In this document: piece by piece, positions 45,268 to 64,000 of the stretch
Numbering within the stretch: position 1 is the stretch's first letter
Layout of the letters: the number at the start of each line of letters is the position of its first letter
DNA from: Amoebidium appalachense
Lineage: Eukaryota > Protista > Ichthyosporea
Length of the DNA: 64,000 nucleotides
Assembly: GCA_963693365.1 (NCBI GenBank)
Contig: CAVNZM010000002.1
Span: 15,285,615-15,349,614 of the forward strand
Reading direction: 5' to 3'
Notes under the pieces: generated by a model
The model's input: only the letters and a program-made list of their open reading frames with translations
Told to the model about the DNA's origin: nothing
Database searches by the model: none
Position numbers and translations under genes: made by a program

Positions 45268-45638
45268 CAGGGATGTGTCACCTCAGGTGCGGGCGGGTCG
45301 CGGGTCGGGTTTTGGCCTTTGCCCTCGGGTCCGGGTCGGGTCGGGTTCAACCCCATCACCGCTCGGGTCGGGTCGCGGGTTGACCAACTTGGCGTCGGGT
45401 TGACCCGCGGGTTGACCCGCGGGTTTGCCACTGTTGCTACTGCCAATGCCAAAACCTCGGGAATTCCAGTGTTTGCATCCTTGAACCTCGGGAGTAGCCG
45501 TGCATGTGCATGCACTAGGCACGTATACAAGCCTTAATAAAACCAGTGCACATGCAGCGCACCGATCTATAGGCACACACGGTCACGGACTTACACATAA
45601 GCACGTTCAGGCACCATCCACGCATACACACTCACTGG

Positions 45639-45673
<35 letters not shown>

Positions 45674-45869
45674 TTACACACACATGTACACACTGACACA
45701 CACACAAAATACAAGAATACACACCTACGTGCACACACAAGCACACACACACACACACGCCGGCACACATGTACGTACACACACATGCAACCTACACAGG
45801 CCAGTCCGCACACACAATCACCCACACACACTGAACACACCGTGCCACTCACACACACCGTGGGGCGCG

Positions 45870-45967
<98 letters not shown>

Positions 45968-45987
45968 CACACACGCCTACGCACACG

Positions 45988-46022
<35 letters not shown>

Positions 46023-46097
46023 TTTGAGGCAAACACTTTCACAGACGCTCGCGCGCGCGCGCGCACGCACACACACACACACACACACTGACACACA

Positions 46098-46176
<79 letters not shown>

Positions 46177-46556
46177 CCACACTCATACACGCACCCGCAC
46201 CCGCACCAGCATGCACACACTCGTGCCTCGCACACACACAGTGCCGGCAGGCACACTCACACACACACCCGCATCCGCACCCTCACGCACACACTCGTGC
46301 TCGCGCGCACACACACACACACACCCTGTCGGCAGTCACACTCACACGCCTAAACGTAGCTGTTTTTGGATTGACTACAGTCTGATCAGTGACCCGAGGC
46401 CGAATGGCGGGTCATGGCCTGCCATCGGGTCGGGTTCGGGTCTGACCCGTCGGGTCAAAAACGCCCTCGGGTCAGGGCAGAATAGCCTCGGGTGCCCGAC
46501 CCGACCCGCGACCCGCGCGGGTTGCAGGTCGGGTCACCCGACCCGACACATCCCTG
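45268..46556. mobile_element. Non-autonomous hAT (Ac/Ds-like) DNA transposon
   Basis: Perfect 12-bp TIR CAGGGATGTGTC / GACACATCCCTG; CAGGGATG is also the start of the maize Ac TIR. Dense subterminal CGGGTC/GACCCG repeats at both ends. Interior is microsatellite with no transposase. Confidence 0.85.
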
Positions 46557-47820
46557 CGCATGATGCTGCCCATAGCTGCAACGACGTGTACCATGGCACA
46601 CATGCATATGCGCATGTGGATGCGATCTATGGATCTTGCCAGATCTTTTCGTAAGTAGCCGGGCACTACTACGCCGCGGGACGGCAACATGGCCGCACTC
46701 AAAGTGACTATTGAAGCGGTGGATGGTCCCAAGTAACAAAAGTCACCGTGTTTTATTTTTTTTTTAAAATGACTTTATTGATATGCTCAGCAAAATAGAA
46801 GCCATCGAGATATCACCGATATCTCGGAAAAGAAAATACAAAAGCCCTCACTCTCGTGTTTTATCCATCCGCCCCTTCATGATTCATATGATTCATGATG
46901 GAACGCGATAAGCATCAAGAAGGCCAATTTGATTGGAGCTGAATCTTCGCCGTTCCGGGCCACCGTCGACATCTGGAACGGTGTGTCTCTCTGTCGTGCA
47001 ATAAGTTGTAGATGTAAGATGTTTGCGTTTCATGCCCTGCATACATAAATTAATATATTATTAGCTGTTTTAGTCCTTATTTTACTGATGTATTGCCTCC
47101 AGCTTTTTCGGTAATAAGGGTTACATACAATACACAGCTAAACAGCACTCTGTGTCGGTAACGTTATCGATAATGCGTTCCTATCCAATCGGGGATTAGT
47201 TGCAGGAACCGGGTCCCCGGGAATAATCACTTGGACGGGGTTTACCGTCTTGAAGCTGATAGGGTGACACGAACACGAAGGAGGAAACGGCAGGTGCGCG
47301 GCGCAAAGAATGCGCAATTTCAGAGACGTTTGGGTCTATCTAACCTATTTATTATCCCAGATCTGACCTGTCTAAATCTGAACTTATTCTGGCGACCCTA
47401 AAGTATTTATAGTGCGGCACAAGGATTGCACCCTAAATCATATATATAGTGCTAAGAGGGCTAAGACGTCTAGAAGGTCGGCCAAGCTTACGTAATGCTG
47501 ACGTAATGGCTATGGAAACTGATCGAGCTGAACGGAAGACTGATGGCGGCGTTACTAAAGTCTTGGCTATCCTAAAATGGAATATCTCCCGAATATATCT
47601 GCAATCTGATGAGCCTAATCTAAGGTGATCGGGATCCTACACAAATTTACCAAATATGACTATTCCTATCTCCAATACTATTGGACTAGAACGCATCCCA
47701 AAACTAACCATATTTAGTCTATTCTACACTAATGCTATTGGCTTATAATAGTCATACATGACACGGGCCCGGCGGGCCGGCGGGTAACGTTAACAGTCAC
47801 GGGTATCTGTCAGGCAGCCA

Positions 47821-47914
47821 TAGTCTCCAAGGCTATGAACCCACTGGCTTCCGGTAAGTGGCTGTGGACTACTACGCCGCGGGAGCCGCAGGGAGACAGC
47901 ACTCTAAGTGGCTA
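47821..47914 (+). repeat. Uninterrupted copy of the ~94-bp repeat R2
   Basis: Contains contiguously all blocks that are separated in the 30.1-kb and 45.0-kb copies. Confidence 0.8.
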
Positions 47915-48249
47915 AGGCAGCCAAGGCTCAACAAGTAATGGCCCACAATACCATATGCATATATCTATATCTTAATTAAACAAATATAAAACCGTATATA
48001 CTTTATATATACATAGATTTACGTAGATTAAAGGTGAGCGTCTTATAAGTAGCTGCTCATCTGACGATTCGGCTCGGCCCGGACCCGACAGGCAGCGGTG
48101 CCGCATACGTGACCCGCTGCCGTGCCAAACACACAGGCTTTTCGGGCAAAAGCCTAAAGTTGCCAACTTGCTTGAAGGCTTTTTTTGGAACGCAGTTTTT
48201 GAATACACCGGTACCAGCGTGCCAGTCTTTACCTTGACAACGCAAAAAA

Positions 48250-49509
48250 ATGCCTATGAAATATACTGGTAATAGCTTGCCAGGTGCAACCACACCCGGC
48301 CTGAAGCACCTGTCCCAAACCTGCCCAGTCCAACAAAAATGGGATGTTGAACGCATGTCGTTTCACACCCTTTTCTCGAAAGCCACACACTTCAACATTC
48401 CCATTTTCCAGCGCAAATACTGTTGGGAAGACAAGCAAATCACAAAATGGTTCCAGGATCTGCTTCATGCACCCGGAGAATACGTTGTAGGGCATAGTGT
48501 GGGCAAGGTGATGCTGAAGCAGGAACAGAGCAAAGATGCTCTTCTGCTGTTGGATGGTCAACAAAGGGTCACGACAACATCCCTTTTCCTTGCGAGCTTG
48601 CGGGACGCTGCTTTGAAGACGTCGATAAACATGAGAGTTGACGCAGCCATACAAGAGAAAACAAATAGAATAGTGAAAGAGATCGAGTCTTCACTCTACA
48701 CTGTGACTGTGGGCAAGGAAGATATCCAAGGACTGGTCGAGTCTCATCAAAACATGGCCGAAGGAGAGATAGCGCCTTTCTGTCGCCTCACCCCCTCCTT
48801 TCAAGATCGTTTCCCCTTCTACTACCTCATCACAACTGGGCGGCTTGGTAACGCCCCCGCCAATCCGCTCGCAGATGAATCCAACCACCTCGTTCGCACA
48901 AAACTACAGTTTGATCGGTTTGTAAGTGCACATCTCGAGACCCAAGCAGATCCGCTCGCCGAGATTCAGCGCCTGCTGCACAGATCCCTCGACTTTTTCT
49001 CCGTTATGTTTATGGAGTTCACGAACGAGGCAAATCTTCCCCAGTTGTTTCTTTGGATGCAGGAAAAAGCGTTGTTTTCCATGGGCGCAATTCTATACAA
49101 CCCAGCCCCGGGTGTCAAGTTCTCGGCGTGCGATCTGGTGCGTAACCTGCTCATGTCAACGTTTTCCACCAGCTCGTACGGTGAGCAGGAGGAATTCTAT
49201 ATAAATTTCTGGGTTCCCCTCGAGAGAAAGCACCCAGATATCGAGGAATTCGACAGTCATTTGTTGAAATTTGTGGTTTGCAAAGCAGAAGTCCCTCCCT
49301 ACGTCAGCAAGTTCGAGAGCGAAATCACGCAGATGGCGGTTGAAATCAGCCGCACAATGGGACGGGAGGAAACCATGGCGAAGCTAAAGGGTGTCATGGG
49401 CTATGCCGTGTTCTATTCTTATTATGAGCGGAGGCTGCAGAGTGCGGGTGGGGATGCACCGGGTTTGGCAAAGACTCTGTTGAGAGAGCTTGAAATGGCG
49501 CAAGACTAA
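48250..49509 (+). CDS. Intronless DUF262 (GmrSD N-terminal / ParB-Srx-like NTPase domain) protein, 419 aa
   Basis: FNIPIFQRKYCW and LLLLDGQQRVTT are the hallmark DUF262 motifs. GVKFSACDLVRN corresponds to the GxxLsxxDLxkN motif closing the domain. No HNH motif was seen. Confidence 0.88.
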   Translation: MPMKYTGNSLPGATTPGLKHLSQTCPVQQKWDVERMSFHTLFSKATHFNIPIFQRKYCWEDKQITKWFQDLLHAPGEYVVGHSVGKVMLKQEQSKDALLLLDGQQRVTTTSLFLASLRDAALKTSINMRVDAAIQEKTNRIVKEIESSLYTVTVGKEDIQGLVESHQNMAEGEIAPFCRLTPSFQDRFPFYYLITTGRLGNAPANPLADESNHLVRTKLQFDRFVSAHLETQADPLAEIQRLLHRSLDFFSVMFMEFTNEANLPQLFLWMQEKALFSMGAILYNPAPGVKFSACDLVRNLLMSTFSTSSYGEQEEFYINFWVPLERKHPDIEEFDSHLLKFVVCKAEVPPYVSKFESEITQMAVEISRTMGREETMAKLKGVMGYAVFYSYYERRLQSAGGDAPGLAKTLLRELEMAQD

Positions 49510-49550
49510 ATGGGTTCATAAGGGCCAACCTCTTGTGTCTGTGTGTGTGT

Positions 49551-49636
<86 letters not shown>

Positions 49637-50236
49637 CTGTGCACTGTCGTACTGCCCACACACACCACACATACATAGAAGAGTGCATCTACACAGAATG
49701 CGCAAATGTATGTATGTACGTGTATGTGTATGTGCATGTGCGTGTGGTTGCTTTTTGGGGGGGGGGGGAGGGGGGGGAGGGAAAGGGAGAGGGGGGGGGG
49801 GGGGGGGGGAGGCGGGAACCAAGATAAACCGAAAGAATACTCGCTTTCATTAACCAGGATTTATCACGAGACAAGTTAGTTTAGGATCAAGGACTGTAAA
49901 TATCACATCACTCTATAATAGGATTGTGCTTAAATTTGTTATAAGGGAGGGAGGTGTAGTTTCTATCTATTGTTAAAGTTTTAGCTTGCTTATTTTCTTC
50001 GTGGGTAGCACTGTGTTGGCGATACATCCGACACACGAGAAGTGAGGGTGTACGTACAGTAATATTTTTTCCAACCTGAAATTTAGAAGTTTTTGCTTGT
50101 ATTGATGTGAGAAAAAATAGTATACGAGCCTGTGAAATTTTCTATTAGTCCCTTATTTCAATGTAGTCTGAAGGAATAAATACTGTCGCCTTTACTCTGC
50201 AGCACTGTCTTTCTGATCGATATCCTCCCCCCCCCC

Positions 50237-50326
<90 letters not shown>

Positions 50327-50448
50327 CTCGGATCACTGTCATGCATGCACACATCCGGAATGGATTGGTGGCCTAAATTTCATCAGTGTTATCCCCCATC
50401 TAGACCCTGGCCCCCCCAACACACACGTGCACACGCGCACGCACACAC

Positions 50449-50492
<44 letters not shown>

Positions 50493-51525
50493 GCGCATAC
50501 CGTCAGGCACCCACCAACTCAAGTACCGGCCGAAACGAAAAGGACGAAAGAAAGAAAGGAGGAAAAACAGCAGAAGAAAACAGAGCTACTTGAAGAGGGG
50601 AAAGGGGTGGTTGAGGGCTTAAGGCAGCAGTTAATTGGGGGAAAGAAGAAACACCACACATAATGTGGCACACACGCCAGAGTACAAGTACATCCTACTG
50701 CGCTACACACACCACTGCGCATTGTGCACACACAATTTCACACAGACATATCTATACCGCACACAACACAGCACAAATACCTTCTGCCTTCCAGGCCCCG
50801 CCCCCTTCCGGCTCCCTTTACTCCCTCCTCCTACCCCCCCCCCCCCCCCCCCCCCTCTCTCCCTCCCCGAGCTTCCCCCGGTTTCCTTCACAAGAGAAAA
50901 AGTAGGGTACGAGCAAGATCTCCGAGCAATTCAATTTCCATACTAACGTATCACACTGGGAAGAGGACGGCATAATGTTGTCCGAAACGGATTATGCTAC
51001 TATCTGGTAATAACAAGGGACTAAAGTTGAAATAAAACTGCTTTCGAGGGAAACAGTGGTTCATCTGCCCACAATGTGCCGCTTGCCCCCAGGTACATGT
51101 GTACTATCGTGAATTGGATGTACAAATGCACACCCGTGCACATACTACCACATAATCAGACATCACATGACCATCCAGTGAGCCCCCCCCCCCCCCCCCC
51201 CCCCCCCTCCCCCCGGGGCCTCACCTATCCCCCCCCCCCCCTCCCCCTCCCCCCCCCCCCACACACACACACACACACACCGCCCACCCAGCCCTTTAAA
51301 CCTCTGAGGAGAAAAAATTGCATCCTTGCGACTATGGGGGGGGGGGTGGATAAAAAGCTTTCTGCCCGGATGTGGCCCCGGGGGTGAGGGAGGGGAGGGG
51401 GGGGCACTAGAGTAGGGTCTTACGGCCCATCTACCCGGCTGACACTGAGCAGTTGGAATAATGATGGCAATATTAATACAGGCCGTAATGGGCCACTAAG
51501 TTGAATTTACTTGCCCTTACCCCCC

Positions 51526-51565
<40 letters not shown>

Positions 51566-52031
51566 CGCAAACAAAGACACACACCGTGGCAGTGGCACAT
51601 GAACACACACCGTGACACATACACACACAACACACACACACACATACACAAATGTACACACTCACCCCGGGGCCCCAACCATACCCGGCCCAACACACAA
51701 CCACTTGCACGCGTACCCACACACCGCCCACTGGGCCACACAAACACACACACACACGCACACACACACACACACGCACACACACACACACACACAGAAT
51801 CACCTCACCTAACCACACCCACACACACAGGCCGTCACTGTTGCCTCTGTCTGAAGCTTGTATTCCTACAGAGATCTGGAAATCATCGGTATAACCTTTC
51901 CGGCGCAAGAATTCGAAAGGGAGTTTTCTGAGACCTCCAGGTCACTCGTTGGCCCGCATCATTTGAGTAACATCCGCCCCCTCGAGCTCCTCCTCCCTCC
52001 CTCCCCTCCCCCCCCCTTTTCAAGTTGGGAG

Positions 52032-52062
<31 letters not shown>

Positions 52063-52738
52063 AAGGGAGGGCTGCCATACGGATTGTTTAAGCGTATTTG
52101 TGACAGGTAAGCTATAGAACTTGAAGCTGGTGCTGCAAAGATTAACCCCCCCCCCCCCCCCCCCCTCCCCCGCCCCCGGGGGCTACCAACACACATTGTA
52201 GCACCCACAAACACATTTCTTATTTTATTATCCCGTTTTGTTCCCGGTGGGACCCCTTTGGCCCTCAGGGGGAACTACCGTCTTCCACCCAGCACCGCGA
52301 CAGTACACTAGCTAGGGTGCTCCGGTATTATTAGCTAAGCTAACACACCTTTAAAAAATCCTAACTATTTGCACACACTTTGCCCAGGGTATTCACCCCA
52401 ACCACGCCGGTGGGTAGCGCCAGGCTTCCCCTCCACTCAAGACGTACGAATAAACTTTAATACCGGGCTCTCTCGGGTTCGTCTAAAGTGGTGGAATGTG
52501 TGGTGGGACCTACGGGGGATATGGATGCAGGGGACCAGTGGTGGACCCACAAACACACGCATACACAAAAACGTCGCACATGCACACACATACGCGCACG
52601 CACACACACTTACTAACTTGTCCCCACTCTGCTGTTCAAGTTGCAGAAATCCGGATTTTGGGCAAAGTGCCATGTAAGGAACCCACATTTAAAAAAAAAC
52701 TTTGGGGTTAGAGGGGGGGGGGGGGGGGGGGGAGGGAG

Positions 52739-52828
<90 letters not shown>

Positions 52829-52935
52829 GGGGTGGCCCGGGGTGGGGTTGGGGGGGGGGGAAGGGGGGAGAGACGGAGAGCACAGTGGAGACGGAGAGAG
52901 AGAGAGTGAGAGAGAGAGAATGAGTGAGGGAGGGA

Positions 52936-52967
<32 letters not shown>

Positions 52968-54089
52968 GGGGGGGGGGGTGCGTGTGTGTGTGGTGAGGGG
53001 GGGGGAGGGAGAGAAACAGAGAGACAGAGAGACAGAGAGAGAAGAGATAGAGCTGAGAGGGGCCGAGAGAGAGAGAGAGGGAAAAAAAATAGAAAGGCGG
53101 GGGGGGGGGGGGGGGGGGGGTTGTATACCTGTTTTTAGAGCCGTGCCCACCATCAGACTGCCGATCCGATTGAACCTCTGCTCCACCTCGACCTCCCCCC
53201 CCCCCCCGCCCCGGGAAGCTCCCCCCCCGCTACTTTCGCAATTGCCTTGAGCATACGGTATACTCTCAGTCACATCCCGGGCACCACCACCTACCTATCA
53301 GCTTCACGACCATGCAGCCACCACTGAATACGAGAAAACAACGGCCCCGGAAAGGGTCATAAATCGCTCTGATGATCAGTCAGACTGCGCGCTGCGCTGC
53401 GCATGCTAGCTGTGGGACCGTGTCGGCAGCAGGCTCGAGATCAGGAACAATACTTGATACACTGAAATTCTGCAGTGATGATTTGTAAATATTCTTTAGT
53501 TTTTTTTTTGGTTCAGGAATATTTATTGTCTAAGTCTACACAAAGCAGGATACCATATTTACTGTTGTCACAAAATGCACCACACCGGTCGCGCTATTGC
53601 GGTTTCAGCTGGCAGCCTCACGCCCTCAGTCGCTCGCCCCACGTCGGCATATCCGCCAATCATTGTGCAGCAAATAGATCTATTCTTGGTAACGTGGGAT
53701 TGATTAGCTTCTTGTGTAACTCTACAAAGACATGACATTTGTAATGTTAATAAGTATTTTTAGTTTACACTAGCTTAGGGATATTTTTAAAAATTGTAAA
53801 CCGACGGTCATTTGTTAGAAGGGAAAATGCTATTCGCCGGAGCATTGATTTGACAGTGACACTCGCCCCCTCTCTTCAAAGTCAGGCTTTAGTATTCGTT
53901 TGTTAGTGACTCTTCGATTCAGTACTGTACGTAGAGCTGCAGTGTTGATACCCATTGTATGTAGTCAAGCACTTGCAAGGTACACCCCTTTTTGCCCCCA
54001 ATTCTTTCTCTTCAAATTTGTATTATTTTAAGCCCCCTTTCAGCCCCTTCTCACGTAAGCGCCTTTTGAGTTCAAACCTGGTCACCATC

Positions 54090-56546
54090 ATGTCTGGCCT
54101 GCACCCCGCCCTTTTTCTCGACCAATCACTCATCACCCAGTGGGTATGCGACCTCTGCTCCATGGTTGCCGAGCACCCCTGCCAGACAAACTGCAAGGAC
54201 GGCCACGTGTTTTGCCACAAGTGCCTCGTGGATGCTTTCGAAGATTCTGGTGTGTGCCCGGCACCAGGCTGCGACACCGTCCTCCCTTCATACGAACACG
54301 ACGACCCGCCTGACAGCGCGAGCCACGCCATCACGTGCTACAGCGACCGGCCGTTTTTAACCCTTGAGCAAATGCCACCAATGAACCGCCGTCTTTACTG
54401 GTGCCTCGAAATGCACTGCACGAATCAGGAGGCAGGTTGCCCTGCCACGTGTACGCTCAACCAACTGCAAGACCACCTGGACGGGGCGTGTGCCTTCCAG
54501 CCCCTTCCGTGCACAAACGAAGGATGTGAGGCTCTGGTTTGGCGCAAAGATCACAAAGCGCACGTGGAGGGCGAGTGTGGGCTGAGGAGTGTGCACTGTA
54601 AGGTGCCCATGTGTGAGGAAGTGGTGAAATTTCGTGATTTGGCCGGTGAGTGAACGTGTTAGGTTTTTGGGGTGAATATAAATCAATATCACAACCAGCT
54701 CTTCTTATGTTCGTGCAATTCGTATAGGGATACCATGATGGGGAAGAAAAGCAGTTTCCGCGTCCGTGAGTACCTTATGATTATATTAGGTGTCACGGGG
54801 CGTCTTGTGGTTATCATTTGAAAATATTCTAACACTTCTAAATCTTTGATATTTTTTCTGCCTTTGAAGTTATACAAGATAATTGCTTTTTCTTCTTTTT
54901 CTTCTCTCCAGTGTTTTTCCCTCCCAAAGACTCTCTTAACTCCTTCTTTTCTTTCTTTCAAAGTTCCTTTCATTTTTTTTGTTCTTTAGCCTATATAGCT
55001 TTCGATTTTCTTTCTTTCTTCCCCCCCCCCCCCCCCCCCCTTTTTTTTTTTTTCCTTTTTTCTTTCTTTCTTTCTTTTTTTTTTTTTTTTTTTTTGTTGT
55101 GTGTGTGTGTGGGGGGGGGGGGGGGGGGGGGGAGGGGGGGGGGGAGGAGGAGGGGAGGAGGGGGGGAGGGGAGGGGGGTGGGAGGGAGGAAGCCTTGCCT
55201 CGGAGGGACGGGGGAAGGGGGCGGAAGGGGAAGGAAGAATGCTCGGGGGGGAAGGGGGGAGAGGGGAGTGGGGGGGCTTTTCCCCCCGTTATTAATACAC
55301 AGGAGTCAAGACGGAACTGGGGAATGTGTGATATCGCGGGGGGAGGGGGGGGGGGGGGGTTGAAAGACAACTGAGGGAACGTGGGGGGGGGGGGGGGGGG
55401 GGGAGGGGGGAGTTGGCTTAGTAGAGTTTTATTGGCCTCTTCATCTCAATTGCTATTGAAGTTAGACCTTGTTTCTTGTAACGTAGTCATAAACTTTTCT
55501 AATGCGCTTGCACAACATTAACCCCATGCCCAACAGAGCACACGGCCAGCTGCCGCACCACATGCACTTGCGGAAAAATATTTGCAAGCAGTCACATGGA
55601 CAAACACAAGGACACGGACTGCCCAGACACGGAGGTGCAGTGTGAGATTGGGGGCTGCCCAGCAACCATGCGGCGGGGGCAGATCGACGACCACATGGTG
55701 AGTGCCACCGCCGAACACGTGCGCCTCTTGGCCCGGCAGACCAAGACACTTATGGAGACTATGGAGGAAAGGGTTAAGGAGCAGGTCCAGGAAAGGGTTA
55801 AGCGGACATACGAGGAAATGGAAGAAAGGCAAGCAAAGAAAGCCAGAGAGATGGAGTCACGTGTCAAGGCGAAATACTCCGACTTTGAGGTGTTCGAGAC
55901 AGCGGCAAAGGAGAAAATACAGGCGGATATTGCTGCCGGACTACTGACAACAAAGAGCGATTTGGTTGTGGCACGGCAGATTTTGGGCGTTGACCTACCC
56001 ATCGAGTTGTTCTTTCCCGAGGCCGGGTCTGTCGATTATCTGATCCCATGTCTGACCGAAGGTACACTTGTGACGATCAAGGGTGTTGCAAAGGGGCTTA
56101 ATGATGAACCTGGCCACAAGCACCTTACTCCAACCACCACACTGCCCTGCGGCTACGCATTCCAGCTATGTGTGTACTTTAACGGGCGCAAGGCGGCATC
56201 GGATTCGATTTCAAATGACCACGTTTCACTCTTCTACTATCCGGCGGCGGGGCGAGATGATGACAATCTCGAGTGGCCGTTTATGCAAAGAGTCACGGTT
56301 ACAATTCTGGACCATAGCCCTGCTAGAAAACACAAGTCCGCCAGCATTGATCCTAGAGAAGACGATGATGTGTGCGAATGGTTTAAGTCGCTGGGAAGAC
56401 CCGAAGGTGGAAACACGAAGGGGCAGGGCTGGACGGATTTCATGGAAAGAAAAGAATTGACGGAGGGGGAGGAGGAGTATGTGGTGGGGGACACGCTGTG
56501 GATCTGGGTGCATGTTACTGATGTTACGAGTGTATTTGAGTGTTGA
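54090..56546 (+). CDS. TRAF-like E3 ligase/adaptor: RING, TRAF zinc fingers, coiled coil, MATH; exons 54090-54645 and 55537-56546
   Basis: RING CDLC...CKDGHVFCHKC...CPAPGC; zinc fingers CTNEGC...HKAHVEGEC; MATH motifs GYAFQLCVYFNG, HVSLF, DDNLEWPF, VTILDH, GWTDFM, YVVGDTL. Phase-1 GT-AG intron. Confidence 0.92.
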
Positions 56547-57401
56547 GATTGTGCGACCAGTGTGTGTGTGTGTGTGCTTGTATATGTGTGCGTGCCCGTG
56601 CGTGTTGTGTGTGTGTGTGCGCGCGTGCATTAGGCATGCGTGCATGTGCACTACCAGCTATACACTAAGACTTTGTCTCAGGCATGTGTTCTGCAAAAAT
56701 GTAGTGTCTTAGTGTGGTGTGTGGCTGGTTTTTTTTTGTGTTTCGTCTCTGGTTGTGCCTCAACGAGTTGCATAGCAAGTACTGAAAGTTTCAAAGATTC
56801 ATATGAATCTAGACGTTTGTAGTACTGGGAGGTGGTTGGGGGGGGGGGGGGGGGGGGGGGGGGGAGGGGGGGGGGATTGGTGTTGGAATTTGATTATCTC
56901 TGTGTTTGAGGACGCAGGGGGAGGGGGGGGGGGGGGAGGGGGGAGGGGGGAGTGGGGGAACTATCCCGCAACGACCATGTACATGACTTAAAAGTTTTTA
57001 ATACGAAACTGTTCTCTCGAGCTCCTACCACTTCAGAACGAGAACTCTGCGTACTTGTACTGTGAACGGTTCCGATGTCTAGGTTATCGGCAGCACCATG
57101 GGACAGGGGACTATTAACATAGTCTTCCTGTGGTTCTTTTACCAGAACTGGATGATCAACCGTGGGATGTCCAGGTGTGCCTACGGTTAGCCTACACAGT
57201 TGTGAACAACTTGATATATGTGTTGGTAAGATATCGATGACTATAAAGTTGTGCTCTCATTGCTTCCCTACCATTGGCAACCCAACATGCCTCGTGCACG
57301 CACGCAAACGTGCACACGCACGCACACGTACGCGAATGGCTTCGGAAAATTTCGTGCACTACATCGTCATTCCCCCCACCCCTCCCCCAAACACACATAC
57401 C

Positions 57402-57440
<39 letters not shown>

Positions 57441-57579
57441 ACACACACACAAAAAAAAGCCTCTCTTTCTCGCTCGCGGCTAAAGTTAACATGTATGCAT
57501 AATGCTGCATTGTTAATGGCACGAAGTACACAAGCACACGTGCGCCCGCACAAAGACACACACGCCGCGGCACACACGT

Positions 57580-57670
<91 letters not shown>

Positions 57671-57877
57671 CCTGTCACGTGCCTGCACACGCGCACACAT
57701 TCGACAAAACAACGCACATATTGGAGGGGTTGGGTATACGCCACACACACACACACACACACGCAAACAGACAAGTTTTTTTGCATTCCGTCGGACACGA
57801 AAAGCGCTTCCGCGCAACACTCGGTGACAAACCCACAACTTAATAGTACACACAAACACACACACAAAAAAAATTGT

Positions 57878-57986
<109 letters not shown>

Positions 57987-58666
57987 ACATGCAGGTATTT
58001 ACACATACAGTGAAAAATTCTTGCTTTCGCACACACAACACTAATGACATGGTTACACGTGCACGTGTCCACACAGTACTACTTGAACAAAGGTCCTGAC
58101 CATGGACCTGATTGCGCAAACGCCAAATTTTCGCGGAACTGCCTTAAAAAGAGTCTCTTTCGACGATATGATTGGGTAAGAACATTGCCCTGTGAGCCGC
58201 GACTGCCAGCCTCGGCCGGACCGTCGCGACGAAAAAACATGGTGACAACTGTCAACTTCAGTACAGTATGATGTTTTGTGTCCAGGGCCGGGGAAGTGAT
58301 GTGGCCATTCTAACCAAGTTATAAGTAAAACACACGCAAACGCATCCGAACGAGGAAGGAGCTTAGGCAGGTAAAATAAACGATTTCAATCTCGGCCAGA
58401 GACGAGTTCTTGTCACGCCATAGCTTTGGTCACATGTCCGGAACTGAAGTACAGCCCCGCTAGTAGAGCCACACCCACACGCAATTCAACATCCTAAACC
58501 CCCCGAATGCGTTAGATTTATGTATCAGTTTTTCGTTAGATGTCGCTGACGTTTGCTGCCGCTGGCACGTTGCAGGATCTGCGAAACAGTATTTTCTTTT
58601 TTTTTCTCTCTTTTGACCACCTTGTTGACCTGAGGTCACATCAGGTTTCCAGCAACTTGAGTGAAG

Positions 58667-63797
<5,131 letters not shown>

Positions 63798-64000
63798 GTA
63801 TCTCCCCCCCCTCACCCCCTCCCCCCCCCTTGTTTTTTTCTTTCCCCCCTTCTTCTGAAGTTTTCACCCGTGCCCCCGTCTTCCCCCCTCCGCCTTTCTC
63901 CCTTGCTTGGTTCTTTTCATTCGGTTCACTTTCATTGTTTTTGATATTACTAGAAATGTTCTTATCATTATACAGCGCGGGCGTGCATAGGGGGTGTGTG

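Larger units (their letters stand above)
44959..46680 (+). repeat. Repeat R2 copy split by a 1660-bp composite insertion (44991-46650)
   Basis: tactctccaaggctatgtacccactggcttac ends at 44990 and resumes as gtaagtagccgggcactactacgccgcggg at 46651. Confidence 0.75.

Noticed and set aside
50500-53340. Scattered exon-like minus-strand segments
   Set aside because: I could not assemble a stop-free model or recognise a domain.

Overview
Eukaryotic DNA whose introns and intergenic regions are saturated with (CA)n/(GT)n, (GA)n and poly-G/C tracts; almost all ORFs in the supplied track are translations of these microsatellites. A Ral GTPase, an FBXO7-like gene and a RING-ZnF-MATH TRAF gene occur alongside bacterial-type genes, which suggests a non-animal opisthokont or unicellular holozoan (inference). 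Manual splicing gave these models: a non-LTR retrotransposon (ORF1 plus APE-RT ORF2) followed by a degenerate second RT tail; 4-exon Ral; a frameshifted TRAF-like pseudogene and an intact TRAF paralog with the same intron position; a 4-exon ankyrin gene; three copies of an unrecognised secreted Trp/Cys-rich protein (one with a premature TAG); a two-repeat Cys-rich secreted ORF lacking an ATG; a 4-exon secreted GH8b-type hydrolase; an intronless DUF262 (GmrSD N-terminal-like) gene; and the 5' part of an FBXO7-like gene with an extra UBA domain. Non-coding structure includes an Ac/Ds-like hAT element, a ~94-bp repeat near gene starts that has twice been interrupted at the same TACGTA site, and a ~340-bp repeat found only in introns, always sense to the host gene and ending at C-rich tracts. 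All family assignments come from motif recognition, not database searches.
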